Assembly (NCBI GenBank): GCA_044228445.1
Contig: JBGAUV010000001.1
Coordinates: 143,827 to 207,826 of the forward strand
Length of the DNA stretch: 64,000 bases
Direction of reading: 5' to 3'
DNA from: Minisyncoccia bacterium
Lineage (GTDB): Bacteria; Patescibacteriota; Minisyncoccia; Phycocordibacterales; PALSA-1337
Positions 55,143-64,000 of the stretch are shown in pieces (the first letter of the stretch is position 1; the number at the start of each line of letters is the position of its first letter). A program made the translations under genes and the position numbers. The notes beneath the pieces were generated by a model. It did not search any database. It worked only from the letters and a program-made list of their open reading frames with translations, and was not told the DNA's origin.

Positions 55143-56669
55143 ATGTCTATATTCGGCTCAAGAAAAGGTTTAAAAATCCTTTTTGTCGGAACGGAAGTTT
55201 CTCCTTTTGCAAAGGTTGGTGGTCTTTCTTCGGTTGCACATTCTTTACCTAGCGCTTTAAATAAACTTGGTCACGATGCTAGGGTAATGATTCCAAGATA
55301 CTTATTTATTGAAGATCAGAAATACCATTTAGAAATGGAATATCAAAATCTAAATGTACCCACAGGAGTTTTGGAAGGGGAAGAAGGTCAAAAAACACTT
55401 GTATGTAATGTAAAAAAGTTTATACCAAATGATGAAGATAATATTTCAAATAACTTTATTACATATTTTCTTGAAAATATGGAATATTATGAACAAAGAG
55501 CAAATGTGTATGGATATGCAGATGATCCAATACGCTGGGCATTATTATGTAGAGGAGCGCTTGAATTTATAAAACAAAGTAATGATTGGGTTCCAGATAT
55601 TATTGTTGGCCTAGATTGGCAAGCTGGTCTTATTCCAAACTATATAAAAACAATATATGCAAAAGATCCGGTAATAGGCGGAATATCAACTGTATTTTCA
55701 ATTCATAATTTATTTTTTCAAGGAATGTTTGACCATCATTTTGTCTCTGAAATGGATTTTGATGATGGTCATTCAGCAATACCAAGTTTCTTTAACCCAA
55801 GACTATTCAAATTGAATTTGATGCGAAGAGGAATTATGTATGCCAATGTAGTAAATACAGTTTCTCCAAGTTATGCAAAAGAAATAATGTCAAAAGAGTA
55901 TGGTGAGTTACTAGATGAATTGCTAAGAGAAAGAAGGGCTGTTTTAACAGGAATATTGAATGGTATTGATTATGATGTTTGGGATCCAGAAAATGATCCC
56001 CATATATCTTTTAAGTACAATAAAAGAAATATATCTGAAAGATCAAAAAATAAAACTGCTCTTCAAGAAAGATTCAATCTCCCAGTAAATAAAGATGTAT
56101 TTTTACTTTCAATAGTTAGTAGACTAACTAGACAAAAGGGTTTTGATTTACTCATGAGTACACTAGATTTAATTGCACAAGAATTACCAATTCAGCTAAT
56201 AGTAGTAGGTGAAGGCGATTCTGATCTAATGGCATTTTTTCATGGTTTAGAAACAAAATATCCAGATAAAGTTGCTACACATTTGAAATTTGATAGTGTT
56301 TTACCGCATCTTGTTTATGCAGGAGCAGATGCGGTTCTTGTTCCATCTCGTTTTGAACCTTGTGGTTTAGTTCAAATGGAAGCTATGAGAATGGGTTGTA
56401 TTCCTATTGTTCGTAAAACAGGAGGATTGGCTGATAGTGTTGAAGATTATAATCCAAATAAAGGAACTGGAACAGGTTTTGTATTTGAAAGATTTGATCC
56501 GTATTCACTTATGATTGCTCTAGTTAGAGCTTTTGAAAATTTCCGAGATAAGAAAAAGTGGCAAGAACTTACGAAAAGAGCAATGTTGAAGGATTTTTCT
56601 TGGGATAGTTCAGCAGAAAAGTATTTGGAATTAATGAGAAGAGCTATAAAAATTCATAATAAAAATTAA
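55143..56669 (+). CDS. glgA: Glycogen synthase (GT5)
   Basis: KILFVGTEVSPFAKVGGLSSV... Confidence 0.9.
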   Translation: MSIFGSRKGLKILFVGTEVSPFAKVGGLSSVAHSLPSALNKLGHDARVMIPRYLFIEDQKYHLEMEYQNLNVPTGVLEGEEGQKTLVCNVKKFIPNDEDNISNNFITYFLENMEYYEQRANVYGYADDPIRWALLCRGALEFIKQSNDWVPDIIVGLDWQAGLIPNYIKTIYAKDPVIGGISTVFSIHNLFFQGMFDHHFVSEMDFDDGHSAIPSFFNPRLFKLNLMRRGIMYANVVNTVSPSYAKEIMSKEYGELLDELLRERRAVLTGILNGIDYDVWDPENDPHISFKYNKRNISERSKNKTALQERFNLPVNKDVFLLSIVSRLTRQKGFDLLMSTLDLIAQELPIQLIVVGEGDSDLMAFFHGLETKYPDKVATHLKFDSVLPHLVYAGADAVLVPSRFEPCGLVQMEAMRMGCIPIVRKTGGLADSVEDYNPNKGTGTGFVFERFDPYSLMIALVRAFENFRDKKKWQELTKRAMLKDFSWDSSAEKYLELMRRAIKIHNKN

Positions 56670-56687
56670 TTAAATATTTTAATATAT

Positions 56688-58184
56688 ATGAAGTGGGCCA
56701 ATTTTTTACATATTTATCAACCTGCAGATCAACAACCAGATATTTTAAAGGCAATACTTGATCAATGTTATAGACCGATCATTTCTCATATAGCAAATAC
56801 TGATAATATAAAAATTACTTTAAACATTACGGGTGCTCTTATAGAACTTTTTGATAAGAATGGTTATAGAGATATTATTGAACAATTAAAACAAGCGGGG
56901 GAACAAGGAAAAATCGAATTTACTAGTTCAGCAAAATATCATGGTTTCCTACCTTTACTTAGTGATGAGGATATAGTTAGACAAATAAAAGCAAATGATG
57001 AAACTATGGTTCAGTATCTCGGTAAAAAGGCCTATAAACCAAAGGGATTTTTTCCACCAGAAATGGGTTTTAACAATAACATTGTTCCAATTATAGAAAA
57101 GCTTGGATATAAGTGGATTATTCTGGATGAAATTTCAGGTTATGGAGAGCCAGAGAGAATTGATTATACAAAAATATATAAAATAAAAGATTCAAGTTTG
57201 AATGTATTCTTTAGAGAAAGAAGATTGAGTAATCTTATAATGTCCGCAGTTGTAAGATCAAAAGAAACTTTATTACAAGCAATGAAACAAGATTTGCAGA
57301 GTGAAAGATATATAGTCACTGCCATGGATGGTGAGACATTCGGACATCATAGACCAGGTCTTGAAAAAATGCTTTTTGACATACTTGATACAAAAGATTT
57401 TAATCTTGTGACAATTTCAGATTTATTAAAAGATAAAAGAGAAGTAGTAGAAATTTCTCCAGTACCTTCAACATGGGCAAGTAGTAAACAAGATATAGAA
57501 AAGGGGATTCAGTTTTTATCCTGGAAAGATCCTGAAAATAAAATCCATACTTGGCAATGGGAATTATTTTATTTAGTTAGAAATGAAGTTGAAAAAATAG
57601 ATAAAAAGAGTCCAGTATATGAAGAAATAAAAAAGAAAATGGATATTGGGACAGCAAGTGATCACTTTTGGTGGGCTTCAGCGAAACCATGGTGGAGTCT
57701 TGAAATGATAGAAGATGGTGAATATAGACTACTTGAAACTGTAAGAATGATACCTGGTGTTTCTGAAGATGTTTTACGTAAAGCTAGAGATTTGTATGAA
57801 AAAATAATTTCAACTGCTTTTCAATGGCAAAGAACAGGAAAAATAAGATCAATGATGACAAGTCAAAATTCAATTCTAAGAATTCCATTTAAAGATAGAA
57901 CTATTGGTCGTGGTGGTGCAGAAGAAGGCGTTTATCATGCTTTTATAGATATGATGAAAACACAAGAAAAACTGGCTTCATTAAAAGGTGAATATGAAAA
58001 AGCTATACTCTGGAGAGATGCAATTTATAAACTAGAAAATAAACTAGATATTTATGACACTATAAATGCTATAGATTTATTGAGAATAGAATTACCAAAT
58101 GAAGAGGTAGAAAAAACTATATTGAAGTATAAAGAAAAATATACAGCTATTAGAGGAGGTCAGCCAGAACAAAGGGGAAGTTAA
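56688..58184 (+). CDS. Glycoside hydrolase family 57 protein (alpha-glucan branching/processing)
   Basis: ANFLHIYQP... N-terminus and overall GH57 pattern. Confidence 0.75.
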   Translation: MKWANFLHIYQPADQQPDILKAILDQCYRPIISHIANTDNIKITLNITGALIELFDKNGYRDIIEQLKQAGEQGKIEFTSSAKYHGFLPLLSDEDIVRQIKANDETMVQYLGKKAYKPKGFFPPEMGFNNNIVPIIEKLGYKWIILDEISGYGEPERIDYTKIYKIKDSSLNVFFRERRLSNLIMSAVVRSKETLLQAMKQDLQSERYIVTAMDGETFGHHRPGLEKMLFDILDTKDFNLVTISDLLKDKREVVEISPVPSTWASSKQDIEKGIQFLSWKDPENKIHTWQWELFYLVRNEVEKIDKKSPVYEEIKKKMDIGTASDHFWWASAKPWWSLEMIEDGEYRLLETVRMIPGVSEDVLRKARDLYEKIISTAFQWQRTGKIRSMMTSQNSILRIPFKDRTIGRGGAEEGVYHAFIDMMKTQEKLASLKGEYEKAILWRDAIYKLENKLDIYDTINAIDLLRIELPNEEVEKTILKYKEKYTAIRGGQPEQRGS

Positions 58185-58186
58185 TA

Positions 58187-58744
58187 TTAAAAATTTATTA
58201 ATTCAACTTCAGGTAGTTTTTTATAATTAGGATTTTTTATAAATTCAATTTTACCGTTTTTTTCTATAACATAATATCCAGCACCATGAAGTCTTTTGAA
58301 TGGTTCATAATCAGCATGTCCAGGAAATGATACTGCATTATTTTCATCTAGATTTACAGGGCTATCATCACGAGTAACTAACCATGTTTTTCCTATATTT
58401 ATACCAAGATGACCCATGCCTGAAGGAATAAATACACTATCCCCAGATTTTACCTTTATTGCTTTAAAACTTTTTAATAAATCATCTGATCCGTCTCTCT
58501 CTTGAAGTATTATTATTCCCTCACCTGAAAGGATATGATAAGTCTCATCTAGCTTTCCGACATGATAGTGTCCATAAGTTTTTATATATTCTCCATCAAC
58601 ACTTCCTGTTTCCCAAACTGTAATATTACCTTTATCACTACCTCCACGAATCATATAATAATGGTTTTCTGGCCCTGCTGCTTCAGGATTCATGAGCACA
58701 TCTTTCATCTCTTTTTGACTTCTACATGCATATGGTGATTTCAT
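58187..58744 (-). CDS. Cupin-type glucose-6-phosphate isomerase (archaeal-type cPGI)
   Basis: TYGHYHVGKLDETY (TxGHxH...ExY); start at internal Met, because the longer ORF would overlap the divergent dsbA. Confidence 0.8.
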   Translation of the reverse strand: MKSPYACRSQKEMKDVLMNPEAAGPENHYYMIRGGSDKGNITVWETGSVDGEYIKTYGHYHVGKLDETYHILSGEGIIILQERDGSDDLLKSFKAIKVKSGDSVFIPSGMGHLGINIGKTWLVTRDDSPVNLDENNAVSFPGHADYEPFKRLHGAGYYVIEKNGKIEFIKNPNYKKLPEVELINF

Positions 58745-58790
58745 ATATATAATAGTAGCATTAGAATAAAAATTAGCATATAATGCGTTT

Positions 58791-59441
58791 ATGAATATAA
58801 AAAGATTTTTAAATTGGGGAATATTTATAGTTATTTTAGGACTTATTGTTTGGGGTATGGTTGCTGCATCAAATAAGCAAGCAAGAGATGGAGCAAATTT
58901 AAATCTTCCAAGCAAGATTGTTGAAACTGATCATATACTTGGTCTAAAAGATGCACCTGTAACATTGGTAGAATATGGTGATTTCGAATGCCCAGCTTGT
59001 GGTATGTATTATCCTGTTGTTAAAAAACTTACTGATGAATACGGAACTTCTAGTCTGAGATTTGTATTTAGACATTTCCCTTTAACTCAACATGCAAAAG
59101 CAATTCCAGCAGCAAAGGTTGTAGAAGCAGCAGGTAGACAAGGAAAGTTTTTTGAAATGTATGATTTACTATATGAAAATCAGGATGAATGGATAAAAGC
59201 CAGTTCCTCAGATATTGTATTTGAAGGTTATGCAAAGAAACTAGGATTAAATATAGAAAAGTTTAATAGTGATATAAAGGATCCAGCTATTGATATTATA
59301 ATTGATAATGATTTTAAAGGTGGAGCAAAAGGTGGTGTAAAAGCTACTCCAACTTTCTTTGTAAATGGTAAATCAATACCAAATCCACAAAGTTATGTAG
59401 ACTTTAAGAAAATAATAGAAGATGCAATTATTACCAAATAA
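58791..59441 (+). CDS. DsbA-family thiol:disulfide oxidoreductase
   Basis: YGDFECPACGMYYP (CxxC). Confidence 0.85.
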   Translation: MNIKRFLNWGIFIVILGLIVWGMVAASNKQARDGANLNLPSKIVETDHILGLKDAPVTLVEYGDFECPACGMYYPVVKKLTDEYGTSSLRFVFRHFPLTQHAKAIPAAKVVEAAGRQGKFFEMYDLLYENQDEWIKASSSDIVFEGYAKKLGLNIEKFNSDIKDPAIDIIIDNDFKGGAKGGVKATPTFFVNGKSIPNPQSYVDFKKIIEDAIITK

Positions 59442-59874
59442 TATTCCAAAATGGGTTTTTGTTTTATTGTTTACAGTAGCAAGTATAGGTTTTGCTGATG
59501 CTACATTTCTGACTTTTGAACACTATAGAAATACTATTCCACCATGTCTTACATCGGGTTGCGAAAGTGTTCTTACTAGTGTTTATTCAGAAATATTTGG
59601 TATACCTGTAGCCTTGGGTGGAGCATTGTTTTATGTAGGAATGCTTATTGGTCTATTCTTATATTTTGATTTTAAAAAAGAATGGATATTACGAAGTACT
59701 TTAGCTTTTACTTCCGTAGGATTTTTATTCTCTGTATGGTTTGTTTATGTTCAAGCATTCTTATTGAAAGCATTTTGTCAGTATTGTATGCTTTCTGCTA
59801 CGACTTCAACTATATTATTTATTACAAGTCTATTTATTTTTATTAAGTATAGAAATAAAGAAATTCCAGTTTAG
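59422..59874 (+). CDS. Vitamin K epoxide reductase (VKOR) family protein (DsbB analogue)
   Basis: 4 TM, loop cysteines CLTSGC and TM CQYC. Confidence 0.75.
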   Translation: MQLLPNNIPKWVFVLLFTVASIGFADATFLTFEHYRNTIPPCLTSGCESVLTSVYSEIFGIPVALGGALFYVGMLIGLFLYFDFKKEWILRSTLAFTSVGFLFSVWFVYVQAFLLKAFCQYCMLSATTSTILFITSLFIFIKYRNKEIPV

Positions 59875-59896
59875 GCTATTTTTTTAAATTAAATAA

Positions 59897-60772
59897 ATGG
59901 ATAAAATAATTGATATAACAAAACCAAGTAAAGGCTATAGTCTAATAGATTCTGGTGATGGGGAAAAGCTAGAGAAATTCAGTGAATATATATTGAGAAG
60001 ACCAGATCCACAAGCTCTTTGGAAAAAGAGACTTGATGAAAAAGAATGGAAAAAGGCCAATGCGAGTTTTGAAAGAAATGAAGCACAAGCTGAATGGAAG
60101 TATAAAGATAAAAAACTAGATAAATGGTCTATAGATTTTTCTGATTTAAAATTTTGGATAAAACCAACAGCCTTTAAACATACTGGGATATTTCCTGAAC
60201 AAACAGTTAATTGGGATTGGACTAGAAAAATTATAAAAGAAAATATTGATAGGAAAGAAATAAATGTATTAAATTTATTTGGTTATACAGGTGGAGCAAG
60301 TTTGGCTTGTGCTCAAGCAGGAGCAAAAGTAGTTCATGTTGATAGTTCAAAATCAGCAATAACTTGGGCAAAAGAAAATGCAGAAATATCAGGTTTACAC
60401 GATAAACCAATAAGATGGATACTAGAAGATGTAAGACTTTTTGTTGAAAGAGAAATAAAAAGAGGGAATAAGTACGATGCCATAATTATGGATCCTCCAG
60501 CTTTTGGACATGGAGCAAATGATGAAGTTTGGAAAATAGAAAATGATTTAATTCCTTTAATAGATAAATGCATTGAAATTTTAAATGAAAAACCTTTATT
60601 CTTTTTGATAAATGGTTATTCAGCAGGTTATTCTTGTATAGCATATAAAAATATTTTAGATGTTTTGGTTAATAAATTCGGCGGAAGTACAGAAATAGGG
60701 GAATTGGCTATACAAGAAAATGATTCAAATCGTTTATTGCCTTGTGGTATTTTTGCTAGATGGAAAGGGTAA
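59897..60772 (+). CDS. Class I SAM-dependent methyltransferase (RlmI/RlmL-like rRNA MTase)
   Basis: LNLFGYTGGASLACA...IIMDPPAFG. Confidence 0.7.
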   Translation: MDKIIDITKPSKGYSLIDSGDGEKLEKFSEYILRRPDPQALWKKRLDEKEWKKANASFERNEAQAEWKYKDKKLDKWSIDFSDLKFWIKPTAFKHTGIFPEQTVNWDWTRKIIKENIDRKEINVLNLFGYTGGASLACAQAGAKVVHVDSSKSAITWAKENAEISGLHDKPIRWILEDVRLFVEREIKRGNKYDAIIMDPPAFGHGANDEVWKIENDLIPLIDKCIEILNEKPLFFLINGYSAGYSCIAYKNILDVLVNKFGGSTEIGELAIQENDSNRLLPCGIFARWKG

Positions 60773-60791
60773 AATATGATAGTATGTCTGC

Positions 60792-61589
60792 ATGGAAAAT
60801 CAAAAAAATAATGTTTGGAAACTTGCCTATTATGTAGGTATATTATTAGCCGTATTTTTAGCTGTAATATCTATAAAAGAGCTAAAGTCTATTAGTTACG
60901 TAGGAGATGAATTAAACTATGTAAAACAGATATCAGTGAATGGCAGCGGAGAAGTTGTTGCTATACCTGATATAGCTAGCTTCTCATTTTCAGTAACAGA
61001 AAATGCAAAGGTAATATCTGATGCACAAAATAAAGCTAGTGAAAAAATCAATAAAGCTTTGGATGCTCTAAAGGCAGAAGGAATAAAAGAAACTGATTTA
61101 AAAACAACTTCATATTCAATCAATCCACATTATGAATATACTCAAGGTATATGTACTAACTATTCATGTCCTCCAGGAAAATCAGTATTGTCTGGTTATG
61201 ATGTAGTACAAAGTGTTGAGGTAAAAGTAAGAGATACAAAGAAAATTGGAAAAGTATTGGAAATACTTGGTAGTCTAAATGTTCAAAATATAAACGGTCC
61301 AATATTCTCAGTTGATGATATAAAGAAAATAAAAGAACAAGCAAGAAATAAAGCTATAGAAAATGCTCAAATGAAAGCAAAAGAATTGTCTGATAAACTT
61401 GGAATAAAACTTGGAAAGATTACAAGTTTCTATGATTCGAGTGATGATACCGTATACCCTTATGCTAGAGAAGGAATGGGAGGTGATATGATATATTCAG
61501 CAAAAGTAGCAACAGCTGTAGCACCTCAAGTACCACAAGGTGAACAAAAGATAGTTGTTAACGTATCTATAACTTATCAAATAAAATAA
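60792..61589 (+). CDS. SIMPL-domain (DUF541) protein
   Basis: N-terminal TM then SIMPL-like periplasmic domain; terminator CAGACCTttcAGGTCTGtttt follows. Confidence 0.75.
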   Translation: MENQKNNVWKLAYYVGILLAVFLAVISIKELKSISYVGDELNYVKQISVNGSGEVVAIPDIASFSFSVTENAKVISDAQNKASEKINKALDALKAEGIKETDLKTTSYSINPHYEYTQGICTNYSCPPGKSVLSGYDVVQSVEVKVRDTKKIGKVLEILGSLNVQNINGPIFSVDDIKKIKEQARNKAIENAQMKAKELSDKLGIKLGKITSFYDSSDDTVYPYAREGMGGDMIYSAKVATAVAPQVPQGEQKIVVNVSITYQIK

Positions 61590-61723
61590 TATTTGGTAAA
61601 ATATAAGAGCAGAGCAGACCTTTCAGGTCTGTTTTGCTTTGTGTGTATTTATATTGACATTGGTCTTAAAAAAGCATATATTATACATACATCCCCGGGA
61701 GGGGTTTTTTAATAGAAAAAAAT

Positions 61724-61899
61724 ATGAAAATAGGAGAATATATAAAAGAAACAAAAGCAGAAATGAGTCACGTTAGCTGGCCAACAAGAAAGCAGGCAAT
61801 ATCATATACAATTATGGTTATTGGTGTATCTGTTATTACCGCTTTATTGTTAGGATTATTTGATTATATATTCAGCAGACTTCTAACCCTCCTTTTCTA
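61724..61899 (+). CDS. secE: Preprotein translocase subunit SecE (58 aa; below the ORF-track cutoff)
   Basis: MKIGEYIKETKAEMSHVSWPTRKQAISYTIMVIGVSVITALLLGLFDYIF; conserved secE-nusG-rplK order. Confidence 0.7.
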
Positions 61900-61926
61900 G
61901 TTTAAAATAAATATTTAAATAAAAAT

Positions 61927-62472
61927 ATGAATAAACAACAAAACGACGGAAAAAGAAATTGGTATGCAATACATACATATGCTGGATATGAAAATGCAGT
62001 TGCCCGCAATCTAAAACAGCGTATTGAATCTCTAGGAATGGAAGAAAATATCTTCAATGTAATAGTTCCTACAGAAAAGAAGATAAAAATAAAAGCAGGT
62101 AAAAGAGTAGAGGAAGAAGAAAAGATTTATCCTGGATATGTACTTGTTGAAATGATAGTTACAGATGATTCTTGGTTTGTTGTTAGAAATACACCAAGAG
62201 TTACAGGTTTCGTTGGTTCAGGAGTAGTACCAGTTCCTCTTGAAAAGAAAGAAGTTGATGCTCTATTTAGCAGAATGAATAAAGAAGAGATAAAGCATAC
62301 TATAGATCTTACTGTAGATGATGTTGTAAAGATTACAGATGGTCCTTTCAAGGATTTGGAAGGTAAGATAAGTGGTGTAGATGACAATAGAGGTAAGGTA
62401 AAGGTCTTAGTATCAATGTTCGGTAGAGAGACACCAGTTGAGCTAGACTTTTTGCAAGTTAAGAAGATTTAA
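61927..62472 (+). CDS. nusG: Transcription termination/antitermination factor NusG
   Basis: NWYAIHTYAGYENAV (NGN) plus C-terminal KOW. Confidence 0.9.
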   Translation: MNKQQNDGKRNWYAIHTYAGYENAVARNLKQRIESLGMEENIFNVIVPTEKKIKIKAGKRVEEEEKIYPGYVLVEMIVTDDSWFVVRNTPRVTGFVGSGVVPVPLEKKEVDALFSRMNKEEIKHTIDLTVDDVVKITDGPFKDLEGKISGVDDNRGKVKVLVSMFGRETPVELDFLQVKKI

Positions 62473-62510
62473 GGTAATGTAGTATTTACGAAAGAAATAA
62501 CATAAAAAAC

Positions 62511-62936
62511 ATGGCAAAGAAGATAATCAAAAAAGTAAAAGTAAGTGCTCCAGCAGGAAAAGCAACTCCAGCTCCACCACTTGGTCCTACACTAGGTCAG
62601 GCCGGTGTTAATATTGGTGATTTCACAAAGAAATTCAACGATGCTACAAAAGGCATGATGGGGGATATAGTTCCAGTTGTTATTACTGTATACGAAGATA
62701 GAACTTATGATTTTGTCCTAAAGACTCCACCAGCAAGCTCACTTATTTTAAAAGCAGCAGGTGTTGAAAAGGGTGCAGGAAAACATGCAGTAAAGAAAGC
62801 GGGAAGCATTACAAAAGCTCAAATAAAGGCTATAGCAGAAAAGAAAATGCCTGATCTAAATGCAAATACAATAGAAGGTGCAATGAAGATTATAGAAGGT
62901 TCATGTAGATCACTAGGTATAGAGATAAAAGGATAA
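62511..62936 (+). CDS. rplK: 50S ribosomal protein L11
   Basis: [22 protein letters not shown]; terminator ACACTCGattgaCGAGTGTttttttg follows. Confidence 0.95.
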   Translation: MAKKIIKKVKVSAPAGKATPAPPLGPTLGQAGVNIGDFTKKFNDATKGMMGDIVPVVITVYEDRTYDFVLKTPPASSLILKAAGVEKGAGKHAVKKAGSITKAQIKAIAEKKMPDLNANTIEGAMKIIEGSCRSLGIEIKG

Positions 62937-62982
62937 ATTTAAAACAAAAAAACACTCGATTGACGAGTGTTTTTTTGTTTTA

Positions 62983-63510
62983 TTAATCCTTCATCTTATG
63001 TGTTCCTGAATAATTTACATTATATTCTAAAAGTAAACTTCCTGAACTTTCAGATTGAACTGAATTCACAAGCTCTAAATGAAATAACATATCATCATCA
63101 AAAAGCTTTAACCCTTTACCAAAGACAATTGGTTCAATAGTCAAAAAGATTTTATCTACTAATCTTGCTTTCATAAACATAGTGTAAATATGTGTACCAC
63201 CACATATTGCTACTTCTTTATATCCTTCAGATTCTAGTTTTTGTAGTAATGTTGCAGGATCATCATTTGTCATTCTTGCACCTTCATTACTAAAATCTTG
63301 GGTTCTAGAATAGACTATATTCACTCTATCTTTTAAAGGTTTGCCAAGAGTTTTCCAAGTATGTGAACCCATAACTATCACTCCTGCCTTCTTTGTAAGT
63401 TCAACAAAACGCTTTTTATCAGATTTACTAGTCCACATAGCAGGGTGATGCTCATCTTTGGCTATAAAGCCATCCATAGTAACCGCTGCAATGATATAAG
63501 ACTTGATCAT
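62983..63510 (-). CDS. Dihydrofolate reductase-family protein (RibD C-terminal-like)
   Basis: MIKSYIIAAVTMDGFIAKDEH...VIVMGSHTWKTLGKPLKDRVNIVYSRT. Confidence 0.65.
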   Translation of the reverse strand: MIKSYIIAAVTMDGFIAKDEHHPAMWTSKSDKKRFVELTKKAGVIVMGSHTWKTLGKPLKDRVNIVYSRTQDFSNEGARMTNDDPATLLQKLESEGYKEVAICGGTHIYTMFMKARLVDKIFLTIEPIVFGKGLKLFDDDMLFHLELVNSVQSESSGSLLLEYNVNYSGTHKMKD

Positions 63511-63575
63511 GGTTTTATTTATAAATATATGTTTATATTATATCCTATTTAATTTTTCTATCCATAATATAATCA

Positions 63576-64000
63576 CTATTTATTAATGCTTTTCTTTCTT
63601 TCATCTTCAACTTCGCTTGCCCATATTTTTATAAATTCCTTATCTCTAAAGTTATCAGCTAATTCTGGAAGAAATACTTTTTTTATACCTGCTTTAATCA
63701 TCTTTTCCCAACAGTCTCTACAACACCAAAAATGACCATACATATATACGTTTGAATTTTTCAGTTCATCATATTTATTCATTTTCTTTGCAGTACTAAT
63801 TAAATTTGCTTCTGCATGACTATCAGTATGACAACCAGGACATAATTCGAATCCTTCACCACTTTTAAATTTATCTAAACCCATCTTTTCTCTTTCATCA
63901 TTCAGGTATCTCCTAATGCAACCTTTTCTGTGTTTTGGAGTATTGAGATTATTCTCATGATATCCATTTCCATTTCCTGCTCTGGCTATTATATTTCCGT
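63576..64000 (-). CDS. CMP/dCMP deaminase-family zinc-binding protein (5' end beyond window)
   Basis: HAE...CCRDC zinc motifs; reading frame stays open upstream to the window edge. Confidence 0.6.
   Translation of the reverse strand, partial: GNIIARAGNGNGYHENNLNTPKHRKGCIRRYLNDEREKMGLDKFKSGEGFELCPGCHTDSHAEANLISTAKKMNKYDELKNSNVYMYGHFWCCRDCWEKMIKAGIKKVFLPELADNFRDKEFIKIWASEVEDERKKSINK

Noticed and set aside
58745-58915. N-terminal 57-aa extension of the cupin PGI ORF overlapping the divergent dsbA start
   Set aside because: Conserved cPGI begins at the internal Met (MKSPY...); the extension is low-complexity and would overlap 125 nt of the dsbA gene.

Overview
AT-rich bacterial chromosome segment (most of it roughly 30-35% GC) with small genes, TTG/GTG starts and weak Shine-Dalgarno sequences. 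An archaeal-type cupin PGI, GH57, a DsbA-VKOR pair, PilMNO and a DGR together suggest a Patescibacteria/CPR-like or similar low-GC lineage; this is inference only. Housekeeping genes (trpS 3' end, rpsT, ruvA, rplS, secE-nusG-rplK, fpg, a Mur ligase, ruvX, an RluA pseudouridine synthase, the glycogen genes glgA/GH57/alpha-glucan phosphorylase and eight tRNAs) are interspersed with a very dense accessory load. The accessory elements are:
(1) An ~11 kb integrative island (3043..14160) inserted in tRNA-Lys(UUU), bounded by a 45-bp direct repeat of the tRNA 3' end. It carries two tyrosine integrases, an XRE/ImmA regulator pair, a secreted thermonuclease, a three-gene SMODS(CD-NTase-like)/SLATT 2TM CBASS-like operon, and a compositionally foreign (~55% GC) cassette (tautomerase-like, EamA exporter, B12-binding radical-SAM-like enzyme) bracketed by terminators.
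(2) A second element beginning at tRNA-His with a large serine recombinase and a primase-like P-loop protein.
(3) A CsoR-controlled copper resistance cassette (CsoR, DUF305, CopA, HMA-DsbD-like).
(4) A defence cluster: a DpnII-type GATC restriction-modification system with two methylases, an sce7726-like PD-(D/E)xK protein convergent with a Beta-protein-like gene, and HigB with an HTH-DUF955 antitoxin.
(5) A complete diversity-generating retroelement: a GC-rich target gene with C-terminal VR, a TR showing 14 of 14 adenine-specific mismatches, an antisense avd, and the RT. The avd is frame-broken at a G8 homopolymer that sits exactly between the divergent avd and RT starts.
Also present are a YafQ/DinJ toxin-antitoxin pair and repeated terminator copies flanking an ABC exporter. 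No CRISPR array was found.
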